From NCBI GenBank assembly GCA_905178155.1, contig CAJINV010000003.1:618720-682719 (forward strand): 64,000 nt of DNA, read 5' to 3'. The notes beneath the pieces are model-generated. The model saw nothing but the letters and a program-made list of their open reading frames with translations. It was not told the DNA's origin and searched no databases. This document shows, in pieces, positions 1-19,008 of this stretch (within the stretch, counting starts at the first letter, position 1; every line of letters begins with the position of its first letter). The stretch comes from Amoebophrya sp. A120 (Eukaryota > Protista > Dinoflagellata). Made by a program: the position numbers and the translations under genes.

Positions 1-6167
<6,167 letters not shown>

Positions 6168-7009
6168 AAAGCTGCTTGCTCATGCTCAGGAGGTGAAATG
6201 AGAAACTGCTCCTGTAGTAGTTCCTCGTCGTCGGATAGAATTAAGTCAACAGAGATTATGGTTGTCTGTGTGTCAGTTTACCTGCAAGAAACGCGTTTAC
6301 TGTTCAAGCAGGTTCGTAGTGGTGAAAGTATGTGGCTGAAGATGAAGTTGAAACTCAAAACCCACATGAGAGTTGTTGATCTTCTTGATTTCTGACCGCT
6401 AGGACACGACTGAGTGGCTGAGTCATTTGAACTTTTCGTCAACGTACTAGAGCAGGTATTCGAAAATTATAAAGTGGCTGCCCCCATCATAATGGCCGTT
6501 CCCGTTGCTCTTGCATGCGGACCATGCGCCGGCTCTCAATTATGTACACTCAACATTTCAAGTTCGACGACACACACGCACTCGCTTAATGTCCGATTAA
6601 AGTTACCCATGGAACCAAAACGCGCATGCTATGAAGATGTCATCTTTGTCCTCCCCGCAATGATGCAGATCGTGTAGTGCTAGGTACTTACGCCACGTCG
6701 ATCAATCCTCAGCTATTTCCTCGGCTTCGAGACCGAGAAAAGATTTTGGCTCATTTGTTGACTATCGTCTAAAAAATCTGTCGCAATTTTTGACTCCTCG
6801 TCTGAGACTCGAAGCTGCATGATTGGTCGATCGCAATCGCTTCCGTGGTTTTCGTCCTGCTAATTTCGAGACATGGTCGATAACGCCAAAACATGAGACG
6901 CCGTGGTATATTGATTCCGTGTTTCGTCTCGATGTCGGTCTCGATCATGATTCGTGATCGTGTGGCGGTAAAAAGTGTCGTTCGATTATGATGCCACTTT
7001 TCAAAAGCT

Positions 7010-8590
7010 GCCACGACTGTTGTCAGCATCCAGAAATAAAGATGCCTTCGGAAAACCGGAAAGAAAGTGATCTAGTAGAAAACCGCTAGTCCCACTGAGT
7101 AAAAATCGCTCGGACAACGGCTGTCCGAGCGATTTTTCTTCATAGGAATTAGGAATTTTCATCTGGTCACTGTGGAGCGAGGTTTTTTCATGCCTCACCC
7201 GGCTAGGAGGAGTCGTAGAAAGACCATTGCTCGCACTGTTTTCGCGACCACTATTGTAAACTGCAATTTGCAGCGAATACCTTGCGGTGTATTTAATAAA
7301 AGTAAAATTTTGAAATTTCGCGGATTTCGTACTTCAATAAAAATTTGAAATTTCAAAATTCACAATTACTATTTCACTTCATGTTGGTTTCTTAGTTGCG
7401 TGTGTTCTCGCGACAGCCGAGAAGACAGCTTGCGAGGCACATGCTCCACCTTGTTCAGGGCTTGGGTGTGGGGAGGGGTGAAGCTATTTGCGGGAAAGCA
7501 AGCGACCCTGTAAAAAATCGCTAATCCCACTGAGTAAAAATCGCTCGGACAACAGTTGTCCGAGCGATTTTTTCTCATGAGAGTTTAGAGGCTTTCATCT
7601 GGCCACTTCGGGTTGAGCTTGCTTCGTGGCTCCGGCTAGGAGGAGTCGGCGGATGGAGCAGTTGTCGTGCTGTTTTCCGCATCAAAGCATGCCACTGTGG
7701 TCAGCATAGAGAAATGAAGATGCCTTGGAAAACCGGAAGCAAAAGAACCTAGTAAAAAACCGCTAGTCCCACTGAGTAAAAATCGCTCGGACAACTGTTG
7801 TCCGAGCGATTTTTCCTCATGGGGATTAAGATTTTCATATGGTCACTCTGTGGCGTGCCTCGTAACCCCGGCTGCGAAGAGTCGTCGGTGGGAGCATTGG
7901 CGGTGCATCCCACCGGAAGCTGCCTCTGTCAGCATCCAGAAATGCCGACTTGGGCAGCCGGAAGGAAATTGACCCAGTAAAAAATCGCTAATCCCCATAA
8001 GAAAAAACGGCTCGGACAACAGTTGTCCGAGCGATTTTTCTTTATCGGGATTACGAATTTTCATCTGGTCACTTTGGAGCGAGGTTCATGCCTCACGGCT
8101 AGGGGGAGTCGTAGGAAAACCATTGCTCGCACTGTTTTCATCGCGACCACTATAAACTCAACTTGCAGCAAATATCTTGGGGTGTATTCGATAAAAGTAA
8201 AATTTTGAAATTTCGCGGATTTCGTACTTCAATAAAAATAAAAATTTGAAATTTCAATTCCCAATTACCATTTCACTTCATGTTGGCCTCCTAGTTGCGT
8301 GTGTTGTCGCGACAGCCGAGAAGAAAGCTTGCGAGGCACATGCTCCACCTTGTTCAAGGCTTGGATGTGGGGAGGGGTGAAGCAATTTGCGGGAATAAAA
8401 GCGACCCTGTAAAAAATCGCTAATCCCACTGAGTAAAAATCGCTCGGACAACAGTTGTCCGAGCGATTTTTTCCCATGAGGATTTAGGGGCTTTCATCTG
8501 GCCACTTTCTTCGGGTTGAGCTTGCTTCGTGGCTCCGGCTAGGAGGAGTCGGCGGATGGAGCAGTTGTCGTGCTGTTTTCCGCATAGCAT
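7010..8590. repeat. Intergenic higher-order repeat with five 37-bp palindromes
   Basis: aaaaatcgctcggacaacNgttgtccgagcgattttt at 7101, 7536, 7778, 8003 and 8435; about 7020-7680 is duplicated at about 7925-8585. Confidence 0.9.
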
Positions 8591-9002
8591 GGAAGGTGCT
8601 GCTGGTTGTGGAGCTGCAGTGTCATTTTATGGTCGTTCCGGTTGTTGGACAGTCCCCCAGACATAGGGGGTCGAAGAAGAAGATGATGAAGAATCTGTCC
8701 AGGTTTCAAACCTCGAAGGAGCAAGCTGCGTTCCTTTAGTAGAACAAGGAACAAGAAGGTCGCGAGTTCATGATTTTTTAACGTGCTTTGCCTTTGTTTT
8801 CAGTCTTTCTTTCTGTGGGACAGACTAGATTTTCGTCTTTGTAAGAAAAAGTACAGAATAAAAAGATGACGAGAGCACACACGACTTTATCTTCTACAAT
8901 GGAGCAGCCGACGCGACATCGTTGTGTATCAAGAGGTAGGAGGCTCGAAAGGAAACCGAAACAAGACCCGAAGCACCAGCTGTAGAAGAGTAACACAGCA
9001 AA

Positions 9003-10006
9003 ATGTCCACCTCGCTTTTGCGCAACAATTGTACGGAGGACAATCTCCACTGCACCCCGGCTATCCCGAACATCATCACCAACCCCGCGGACATACCGAC
9101 CGGGGGAAAAGGGAACAAGCATCCCATCCGGAACCCGCTTTTCGCGAAGGACGCTTGGATATGACGGTGCACAACTCCCCCTCCCCCTCATTTGTCATGC
9201 AAAATACCCAATCCACCCTTTGTTTGCCTCTTGGCACTGTGTGCATGACAAGTTCTGGCACTAGCCCAAATAGCACTATACTCCAGTGCAAATCTGTCAT
9301 GCAAAACCGGCATTCTTGCTGATGCTTGTATTGCCGTTCATGCTATACAAATGAGGTGGAGGAGGGGTTGTGCACTGTCATATTGGAACGAGCGCGAGTG
9401 GCACTCCATGCGGAAAGCCTTGAATGCCGTATGACAGCCTCAGGTTGGAAATCCTCAAAGTGGAAATAATTTGTAATGCAAAAAAACGACTCCAGTTGAA
9501 GCGCCATTTGTGGTCGGCGCATGACAAATTTCCTGGGCCCTTAAAGCATGTCTGTCATGCAGGTTAAGGCAAAGGGGTGCCCTTTTCTCGTGCTAAGCAA
9601 CACTCCAATTCTTCACCCCTAGCAGGACAATATCAATAGTCGGTCTCCATCGTGTCCTCCGCAATACAGTCTTTTTTGCTTTTTATTTCATGCATCACAA
9701 ATTATTTCCACTTTGAGGATTTCCAACCTGAGGACTTCATACGCCGCACGGATCGCCGACAACGCCGTACGGGAGGCGTACCGATACGCGCAGTGGTCGA
9801 GGGATCGTTCAGGCATGGTCAAGCAGTACGCGAGAAAGGCGCTGGAAACCTTCGACCAGGAGTTCGGCCCACCAGAGCGCGAAATGTTAACAGGAAGTGC
9901 AGCGTCGTCTTTGCAAACGTTCGGACAGGCTGCCCCGCTTCAGGTGCATTCCAACGTAATGCCGGAATTTCAAACTGCCGGAATAAGAACTGCGCATTGG
10001 TTTTGA
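9003..10006 (+). CDS. Hypothetical protein (~152 aa); exons 9003-9159, 9388-9429, 9747-10006
   Basis: Continuous ORF MSTSLLRNN...AKDAWNEREWHSMRKALNAARIADNAVREAY...HWF* appears only after removing two introners. Confidence 0.7.
9160..9382. mobile_element. Introner, family B (223 bp), TSD TTGGA
   Basis: Near-identical to 447-672 with a different TSD. Confidence 0.92.
9430..9741. mobile_element. Introner (312 bp), TSD TGCCG/CGCCG
   Basis: ~50-bp TIR tatgacagcctcaggttggaaatcctcaaagtggaaataatttgt / acaaattatttccactttgaggatttccaacctgaggacttcata. Confidence 0.92.
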
Positions 10007-10692
10007 TGATTGAAATTGAAACACTTATATCGTGTTGGACGAACTGGAACCTTGATCGCCCTTTCACGTGTCTTGGAAGCCAGTTGAGAAAATGATTTGG
10101 TTTTATTTGCAGATCTTTTTCGATGATTTTGTTGCCTCGCGATTTTGCGATGGTCATGAATGATGTGTTTCAGATGCCAGCATGAGGGACGCTGTAGCTA
10201 TGTGTCCGGGGTAGGCAATGTGTGGAATTGTACGAACAAATCGGAAGGATGCACTTGTTTTGTTCTTTTAAAGGAGATGAAATAAACGGCTCATGCTCAT
10301 CTGATGCTGATTTTCGATTCAGACAGCGTCAGCTTGCTTCGTTCTTCGTAGTTGCCCAAGGTTCTAGTTGGACCAGAAACTTCCACAGCGATTGCAACCC
10401 CTTCGACCCCTGGATGCTGCAACGAATAGCAATAAAATCTTTCGCTTGTGGTCTCTCTATTAGGGCAGAGCAGAAAATGAATCGTACCTACTGGGTTTCT
10501 TGCACCTTTTGATGCGGTCGTGGCTCCGGGCACATTCTTGTGTAGAAGAAGTCGGTTTGTTTTTTTCTGTTATCCATATTCGCATTTTTGATTCTTTGCG
10601 TTGATTTGCTCCTGCTCGATTGGAGATTGGAGCTTCTGACATAAGTACCGAAAACGAGCTTGTGTCTGCCTGCCAGCGAGATATAAAGCAGC

Positions 10693-13600
10693 ATGGCGGG
10701 AAACTATCCCTTGGTTCACTTTTTCTCTCTTCAGAACGGCTCCGGTGATGATGCTTCGTTGCTCACCGCTGCTCGCCTCAGTTCTTCTGTTGTTTACGAT
10801 CCGCCAGGAGCGGAGGCCGCTGCGGGCCGGAATATAGCAGGCAGTGCGAATGAAGGTACAATACGCGGAGTAGGAGGGCCGCGACATCGTGGAGCTTCTA
10901 GTAGCTCTGACTCCCTCGTGGAGAGGAAAATTGCGTCGAAAAGCCCGGGGTTCGAACCATCAACGCCGGCGCCGTTCACTCCCGCGTCGCGATTAGAGGA
11001 ACATGCTCAGGTGGGTGCAGCAGCGGCAGCAGCGAGTGATTCAACCGCAACGTCATCGAAAAAAAACTCTCCTCCGGGGCGAAATGAAGAGCGTGTACTT
11101 CTGCCGCCGCCAGAGGTGGACCAACTGGTGGCTAAGGCAACAGATAAAAATCCACATTTGGAACATCATGTTGCTGATGAAGACGATGAAGATGCTGAGC
11201 CGCCTGCGCTTGGCTCCGGCAACATCCACGACATCCCCGGTGATGTCGCGCAGAGACAAGACTTCAAGGAGCGAGCGCTTTTGGCGGCCGAGACTGCGTT
11301 TTTCGACAACTGCTTCGACGGGACCGCGGGCGCGCTGAAGCGAGTGATTGGCCAAGAGCTCGGCTACCCTCCGTCGGTCATCCAGCTGCGTGTCATACCA
11401 AAAGAGGATGAGAGTTTCTTGCTGGGCGGGTCCAACAATCAACATGACGATGATGGTGATACTAGCTTCCTTTTACCCCCAGATGAAGAAGTTCCGGACT
11501 TCGACGAGGACGTCTCGCCCGCCGTTTCCAGGCAGGTGACGGAGAACAACGCAGCACACCTGGGCAGCAGCTCTGTCGTGGTGGAAAACAACGCGAGCGC
11601 GCTCGACCAAATTGAAGGGGTGACCTTCTGTGACGTTTATTGCACCGTCCCGTCATTACCGCGGACGATCGCAGACCAAGCCAAGTGCGACAGGCTGCAA
11701 TCTGAAGTCATCAGAAAGATCCTTTTGGCGGTACAGGGTGTCGTGGAGAATGAGGAGAAGAGGGAGACTTCTAAAATAAATGCCAACGATCATATTAACG
11801 GAACAACAAGAGGAGATGCTCAACCTGATGATCCCGATGTCGCAAGAACATCTTCAACAGGAGAAACAGTACGACTCCTACCGCGCACTGCTTCCACACC
11901 TTCATCCGCTGCGGCACCAGCCGGTGACGATGAACAACCCACACTGGACAGCATCGTTGTGGACTTGAAGGTGAAAATCCGTGTGTGGACGTGCACGTTT
12001 CAGTACGGGATCGTGTCGCCCGCCCACTTTACCGGTCCATTGCAGGAACTCCAGGACATCGAGCGCCTGGGGCCGGTGGTCTGCGAAGAGTGGGTCGCCC
12101 TGGCCCACTACCGTGACCATAAGGATTTCGAGTCGAGCTTCTTCAACTTTCTGTGCCTCAAGTACTTTCGCGATCTGGCCCTCGCGTTGGTACGACACCC
12201 GAAAACGGACCCCGCGCTGTTGACGTTCGATTTGGCGCAGCTCCCCGCTTTCGAAAAGTTGGTCGTCGATCTGAATGACGAGATCTACTTCGGTACCTTG
12301 AAGAACTACTGTCCGGAGTTTGTGAGCAGTCCGCTGGGTGCTGCCTACCTGTGCGGCAGCGACGAGTTGGTCTTAGAGTTGCTGGCGAAAAAGCAATGCG
12401 ACTACTGTACGCCCGACGCAAACAGCGCCAACGCGGCGAATGAAGAACTGGTGGCGACACGGTTGCGAACACTGCTGATACAGTTCAAACGCTTACTGAT
12501 CGAAATTCAAGCAAGGTATGACTTCGAGCAGCTGCAGAAAGAGCGGCTTGCAGTTGCGAGCAGCCCCCTGTCTCGCACGTCGAGCGCACCGGGAGCAGAA
12601 CGTCAGGACGTCGACAAGTTGTCATCAATAAATCACGGAACAACAACAGATAAAAATGCAACTGGAATTCCTGCGGGTGCGGTCTTGAGCAAGGCACGAC
12701 GCACATCCTCTGTGCCAGCATCGTCCTCCTCTGCAGGAGCTTCTACGGGCAGCAGCCCCGGTCGTCGCAGAGAAGCGTTGCAAGCAATGGCTTTAACAAG
12801 CACTGCCGGTGCAGCTGCAGCAGCAGCCGTCAATTACGACGGCACAGAAGTTGTAGACCACCCACCGTCTGCTTCGTACGGATTTGTCCACGACGATTTG
12901 CGGTCCGCGGAGGACGTGCTCTACCCAGAGCGCGCGTCGGGAATTGTCATTTTGAAGCAGGACACCGTGATCCAGCAGTTCGTTCGCGAAGTCGGCGTGC
13001 CCGTGCTCTTTCACGACGCCGCACTTCTGGAACTTCAGACCGCCTGGGTGCACCGGGAAATCATGCCCGGAGACTTTTTAGAAGCAGGAAAAACAGTTAC
13101 TGGCGGGAAAAATGGGGACGTAAAAACTACGTCAGGAGACAATGAATCTGTCTTCGCGAAGGCCTGCGAAGCTACTACAAACGGGTTGAACAACCAATTA
13201 CGGACCGTCAATGCGTCACTCGCCACCAAGCGGTTCGGCGAAGCTCCGGGTAGTTGTTCGGAGTGGTTTACCGAGAATTTTCTCGGGGATCCAAGGGCCT
13301 CGTCCGAGTACGTGATCGGCTCCGACGTGGTAAACAGCACGGACACGCTGGCGGACCCGTTCACCGACCGCAGTTTCTACACGGATTCCAAGGAGTGCTC
13401 CATGCTGGAAATGGCCATGAGCGAGCTCCGAGTGAATGTTGTCTTGGCGCTGCTGGTATGGATTGCAAATGTGTCTGGGTCTGGAAGATTGCAACTTGTC
13501 ATGCTAAATCCGAATCATGCAAAAAGAAAAATCTGTGTTGCATGAGTGCCAAAAGCTATCCACTTTCGACCAAGTTGGGAGGGAGTTTCTCACGCAGGAT

Positions 13601-15473
13601 AGGCATGACAGAGACCTCACAGAGTCTTTCATACTAGGTCCCGCATTCCAAACCGCAGGGGTCAGGGAAATCCTGCATGACAAGTTTACAGTCTTCCAGA
13701 CCCAGACATATTTGCAGTTGATAGCTGGCCCGGCCGGACCTGAACTCCGCGCTGATTACCAGCTCCGTGTTATCAAATGCAAATACGTCTGGGTCTGGAA
13801 GAATGCAACTTGTGATGCTGCATTTGGATTCCAAGAAAATCTGTATTGCATGAGTAGCAAAGGGAGCGCGTTTTTTGCTACGCCCAGAGGGCATTTGTCA
13901 TGCGGAATAGGCATCAAGAAGCCCTCAAAAAATCTGTGATGCTAGGGCGTGCATCACGGACATCATGGCTCATGCAAAACGTGCGTGACAAGTCTCAGAA
14001 TGTTTCAGACCCAGACAGATTTGCATTTGATAAGTGTACGAGAAGGCACTTTCCTACGCCTTAGATCGCGGCTTCGGGATTCAATCGCGGTCCTCCTTCA
14101 GTTACAACGCAGCTGCGCGACGGGAAAACGCCGACGGTCTGGACGCCCGAAGCGACACGCGCGTAGCCGCCAGCGCCGTTCTGAACCTCTTCCCACCACG
14201 GGGGTTCGATCTCTGGCAGAGCATTTGTGCGTTATTTCAGATGAAAATCAGGGAAGCGACGATGCGTGTCACCACTGTCACAGAGGACGTCCTCGAGACG
14301 GGGCAGTGGTGCGACGAGGTCGTGGGTACAAGGACTTCTACCGGTGGCGCCGCGAATGGCAAGAGCAATGCTCGTTTTGGGCATGATCAACAAGAAGAAG
14401 ACGAAGCAGTTGAAGTAGAAGTTGCATCTTCATCACCAGTAAAAAGAACAGGTGAAGAACGCAAAATAAATGCAGCAGCTGCGGCCGGCGCCGACGCAGA
14501 TGACTCTCCAACTACTGAACGCCAAACATCCACCACACGACGCCCAGGAGCAAGTAGGAGATTTTTACATAAGCGGGTCCACAAGTGGTACCAGTTTGAA
14601 CTGAAATCGATCGAGGCGGAGTCGCGCTCCGTGGCAAAGTACGACGAAGAAGTGCTTACGGCAATCGAGACCTACATGGGCATGGGGATTTACTCGGACA
14701 CCTACAACACTTCTTGCCTGGACCGCCGGGTGTTTACCGACGCCGCGTTGCGCTGCTTGAAACAGGAGTACTACAAGTGGAAGCGGGAACAGCGGCCGAA
14801 ACACATTCTCGGCCTGCACTGTATGGAAGCGTCAGGTTTGAAATCGACAAAATTATTGAAACTGTCATGCATAAGATGCAAGGCATGAAGTGCCTGTCTT
14901 GCCGGGATGGCAAGCAAGGCCGATTGTGAGCCTGTTTAGGGTTTGAGATAGAGCTGTTAAAGTAGCATGACAAAAGCAGTCTTCTGTGCCCAAACAGCAT
15001 GACAAATTGGATTCCGGTGCTCGGAAAATTTGTCATGCGCCCCCTGATAAGTGGGCTTTCGACTGGTATCGGTTTTATGCATGGCAAACTATCTCAACTT
15101 TGACGATGTCGATTCTGACACTCCCATACACTGCTGCGGCGTGCAGTGGAAGAACCTGCGCTGTGAACTCGTCGAGAGGCAAGTAGTTTCGACGGTAGTT
15201 GCCGCGCCGGTTGAGCATATGCATTGCAAAAGTATCGTACTAGTATGAATTGCATTACAAATTCACTTAGCATTACAAATTGAATTTGTAATGCGGATCT
15301 GCCTCGATAAAAAGATTTGTAGATGCATAAACGCAATTAGTACGAGTGCGATACTTTTGCACAGGAAAGAGCAGGCGGGTGGACAGAAGAAGAAGCAGCA
15401 AGCGGAGTCGCTGGCGCAGCAGCGGAAATACCAGACGGAGCTGCGAGACGTCATGGAGGGCTACTGGGGCTGA
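10693..15473 (+). CDS. Large hypothetical protein with 4 introners in the 3' part
   Basis: 950-aa ORF joins the 14034 ORF and the C-terminus ...LRDVMEGYWG* in frame after removing elements at 13457, 13771, 14822 and 15218; no domain recognised. Confidence 0.75.
13457..13723. mobile_element. Introner, family D (267 bp), TSD GCTGG
   Basis: tatggattgcaaatgtgtctgggtctggaaga / tcttccagacccagacatatttgcagttgata. Confidence 0.92.
13771..14032. mobile_element. Introner, family D (262 bp), TSD CGTGT/AGTGT
   Basis: tatcaaatgcaaatacgtctgggtctgg / tcagacccagacagatttgcatttgata; removal gives TSSV-YEKAL. Confidence 0.9.
14822..15128. mobile_element. Introner, family C (307 bp), TSD CACTG
   Basis: tatggaagcgtcagg...ctgacactcccata; interior homologous to 3687-3997. 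Confidence 0.9.
15218..15368. mobile_element. Introner, family A (151 bp), TSD GAGCA
   Basis: tatgcattgcaaaagtatcgtact...atacttttgcacaggaaa (3' end AAA rather than ATA). Confidence 0.9.
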
Positions 15474-16053
15474 GGAATCTTGAATCTTCAGAACTTGTGA
15501 TGTGGTACCCGAACCCGGTTTGTGTATGTGCATGGCGAGACTTATCTCTGCGAGCGCGCTTCCACCAGAACAAAACGAAATAAAAGTGAAAGCTCTTTGT
15601 TCTTCAGGTTGACAACTGTTGTTGTTGAGTTCATGAGCACGGAGATTTTTGCAATCATTCTTTTTTGGCTTCGAATTTGAAAAAGGAGAAACACCTTTGC
15701 CGCGATGACGGCACATCATGCACTCGTAATTTTTCGTTGCCCATTGTTCCCTCCGCATCCGCTCTAAAATAAATAGTTTGATTCCTGCTACCAGCACCGG
15801 AATGTTGTACTAACTGCCAGTTACAAGAGCTCTCTGTTGTTACCAACGATGTGCCGTTCTGAGGCTTTGCATTTTGAAGATCCAAAACTTGTTCTCGCGA
15901 CACTACATAGGGTGTATAGCAGCTAAGGTCGTCAACGCCAAACGGCGAAGGTGAAGAGAATGATGATGAAACCGCGGTTTCTTCGCAGAGAATAAAGATC
16001 CTGATACACGCGGCGCGACCTCGCGGCACTGATACTGAAGAAGATCATTAGAT

Positions 16054-18176
16054 ATGATGCGCTTCGACGACTTTTTTGTCGTTGCGCTGCTCTTCCATAG
16101 TCGGTCTTTTACTTTTTGCCCGCCGTGCCATGCATTCGATCCTCTACTCGACGGGAAAATCAAAACTGCCGCCACACCAAGTCAAAAGGCACCGACACCC
16201 GCAACCGCGATAGGAGCCGGGACCGATGCTGCTGGGACTTCTGTCCCAGCAGCTGCATCTTCCGGCAGAATAGACAGGGACGAAGGCCGCGAGAGGGACG
16301 ATCCATATCCGGATGATGGAAAACCGACCCCGCACCGCAAGCGACGCATCAACAGGACGGCAGTGGCCCAACAAGGCGCTACTTCTACTGGGGTAACATC
16401 AACCGCGGTTGCCTCCGATGGTACGATGGAGAGAAGTACTGGTACTGGTACTGGTGCTGTTGACATCAATGCGACATCGTCAGCTTCTGGTACTATCGCG
16501 CCGAACTCTGGTATAGTGTCCGAAAGCAAGCGAAAGGTTTTGTCCTCGCAAGACCCCGACCTGACACGCAAGGTGATTGAGGGGATTGGCCCGGAGAACT
16601 CGTTGTACCACGTTCAGCCGATCTATTACGAAAGGGACGACCACCTGGACGGCTGGACGTTCCCGGACTTTGCCACCATTCATCGCAAGCTGTACGGCGT
16701 AAGCCACAAGGAGAAACACGTCGTGGTGGAGTACTCGAACCCGTACAACATGTCTCCGACCTTTGGGAAGTTTCCGCACAGCAACCTGCAGCCGGATTTC
16801 TTCATCAGCAAGATCCTGGACCGGCTGCACCCCAGGGAGCCCAAATTCATTGTTGAGGTGAATGTGAAACAAAAAATAATTTATCCTGTTGTTCCCATGT
16901 CAATGAATCTTAATCTATGCGTGAAATCCGCATCTACAAGCAAAAAAATCGAACTGTTCTACTTCCTCTCTTGCGGATATTTTACACAAAACCTCGCTTC
17001 TCCTGCTCAGGTTGGTTCTTTCCAGGGCCACAGTGCTGTTTTGATGGGGTCGATCTTGGATGCGATCGGGCTCGCGGAGGTGCCCATTCTGTGTATCGAC
17101 CCGTGGACGGGAGACCTAAATACGTGGGCCATATCAAATGCAAAAATGTCTGGGTCTGGAAGAGTGCGCGACTTGTCATGCTCCTTTTCCATGACCCATG
17201 AGGACTGGAATGCAGGATCTAGCATGACAGATTCTGCGAGACCTTTCTCATGCCTATCCTGCATGAGAAACTCCCTCTCGACTTGGTCAAAACTGGACGA
17301 CTTTTGGTAATCATGCAACACAGATTTTTACATGCTGCAGATTTAGCATGACAAGTTGCAATCTTCCAGACCCAGACACTTTTACATTTGATAGGCCAAC
17401 AAGGACCACGATGTGGAGGTGCAGCACTGGATGTCTCCCGTCCGGGACGGGCGGTTTCTATGCACTGCAAAAGTATCGTACTCGTATGAATGCATTACAA
17501 ATTTCCTCAGCATGAGAAATGAAATTTGTAATGCGGATTGATCTTAAGAAAAGGATTAGTAATGCAAGACTTGCATTATTTTTATACGAATGCGATACTT
17601 TTGCACAGGATAGTTTCTCCTGTTCGACCATTTTATGACGAACGTGCAGTTCAAGATCTCCCGCCACCTCTCCCCGCTGCACATCCTGCCCTTCCACGCC
17701 ACGAGCATGGTCGGCGGGCGGTTCCTGAAGGCGATGAAGTGGCACCCGGACGTGATCTTCCTCGACAGCAGTCACGAGGCGCACGAGACCTTACTCGAGC
17801 TAAAATTGTACTACGAGGTGCTGGCGCCGGGCGGCATTTTGTTCGGGGACGATTTCAGTTGGCCGGGGGTGAAGAACGACGTGCTCACCTTCGTCGCGGA
17901 GATGGGCTGGGGGCGCGATCCGGAGCGCATATTCGACTTCGAAATTCTGCCCGCAACCACCTCCTCCGGCGGCTCGGTTTATCCTGTGCAAAAGTATCGT
18001 ACTCGTAGTAATTGCAGGCATGCATTACAAATGCAAATCTCGTTCCCAAGGCAAATCAGCATGACAAATTGCATTTGTCATGCTGAGGGAATTTGTCATG
18101 CAATTTATACTAGTACGATACTTTTGCAGTTCATACAGTTCTGCTCTGGTTGATACACAAAGCCAAATACGTGTAG
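16054..18176 (+). CDS. Class I SAM-dependent methyltransferase (Methyltransf_24-like) with hydrophobic N-terminus; GT-AG intron 16858-17010 and 3 introners
   Basis: IVEVGSFQGHSA, LCIDPW, DVIFLDSSH, LAPGGILFGDDF motifs; reconstructed C-terminus GGSVLLWLIHKAKYV*. Confidence 0.85.
17132..17393. mobile_element. Introner, family D (262 bp), reverse orientation relative to 13457, TSD GGCCA
   Basis: Interior is the reverse complement of 13457-13723; removal gives TWA-NKDH. Confidence 0.92.
17459..17612. mobile_element. Introner, family A (154 bp), TSD GTTTC
   Basis: Family A termini; removal gives GRF-LLFDHFM. Confidence 0.92.
17980..18135. mobile_element. Introner, family A (156 bp), reverse orientation, TSD CGGTT/CAGTT
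   Basis: Begins tatcctgtgcaaaagtatcgtact, the reverse complement of the usual 3' end. Confidence 0.9.
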
Positions 18177-19008
18177 GTCGTGTAGTTGTGGTCTGCGTTC
18201 GACGCGCTGTTCTTCATCTCCTTTGCTCGCCTTTTTTGCAGCGAGATTGCCTGTTCCATCAGATCGGTGACGGGCGGAGTCCCGTTTCTTTCTAGGTCAT
18301 CGAAGTCTCCGCATGCCGTTGCAGTAGCCTTGTCCACTTATCGCTTCGGCGGGGCTTTCTAGTCGCGAACTAAACTCTTTGATTTGATAGAATTAGCACA
18401 AATCGAGCTACATTGCTTCTCGAATGATGGTAGACCACAACATGCCTGCTTGATGCGTTGTTGATCACAGGCGCTGAATGTTCTGGTTTTCTGTGCGACG
18501 ACTGCTAGTATAGAGGGTATGTTGAGGGATGATTTTTTTATTTTGATTTTGAAGACGGGGACGAGCGATTATTTATATTTAATACTCGGATACAACTCCA
18601 CGACGTCGGCCTTAAGACGATATAGATTGTGGATTTGCTTTTATGGTGGTTACGCTTGCGAAACAGAGCGGCGGGCCGCGATCTTCTTCGATTGCAAGGT
18701 CATCAACATGACCACAGATCGATGTTGACATTTTTACTGCACCAGTCGCTTTGCTGTGGTAGGCACAAATGGATAAATAATGAAATTTCCAAAGCTGTCG
18801 AAGTGTGGCTCATAGAAATTGTCAAATGTGATCACGATCACGATCATGTGTAACAATACCGATCTCCAAGATGAAGATTTCATCTTCTGTGTAACAATAT
18901 TGTAAATTATCGCTCCCTCGTCGGGCTACGTGTTTCACGTGCAGTGCGGAAAGTCCGTTTTACCGTCTTCGGGAGCGCAGTGGAGGCCTACGACTACGCA
19001 GCACGACC

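Noticed and set aside
6743-6753. Dinoflagellate spliced-leader relic (ATTTTGGCTCA)
   Set aside because: Only an 11-nt match and not positioned just upstream of a gene.
7101-8471. CRISPR array or bacterial REP/terminator interpretation of the spaced palindromes
   Set aside because: Spacers are 190-400 bp and themselves repeated, there are no cas genes, and the context is eukaryotic.
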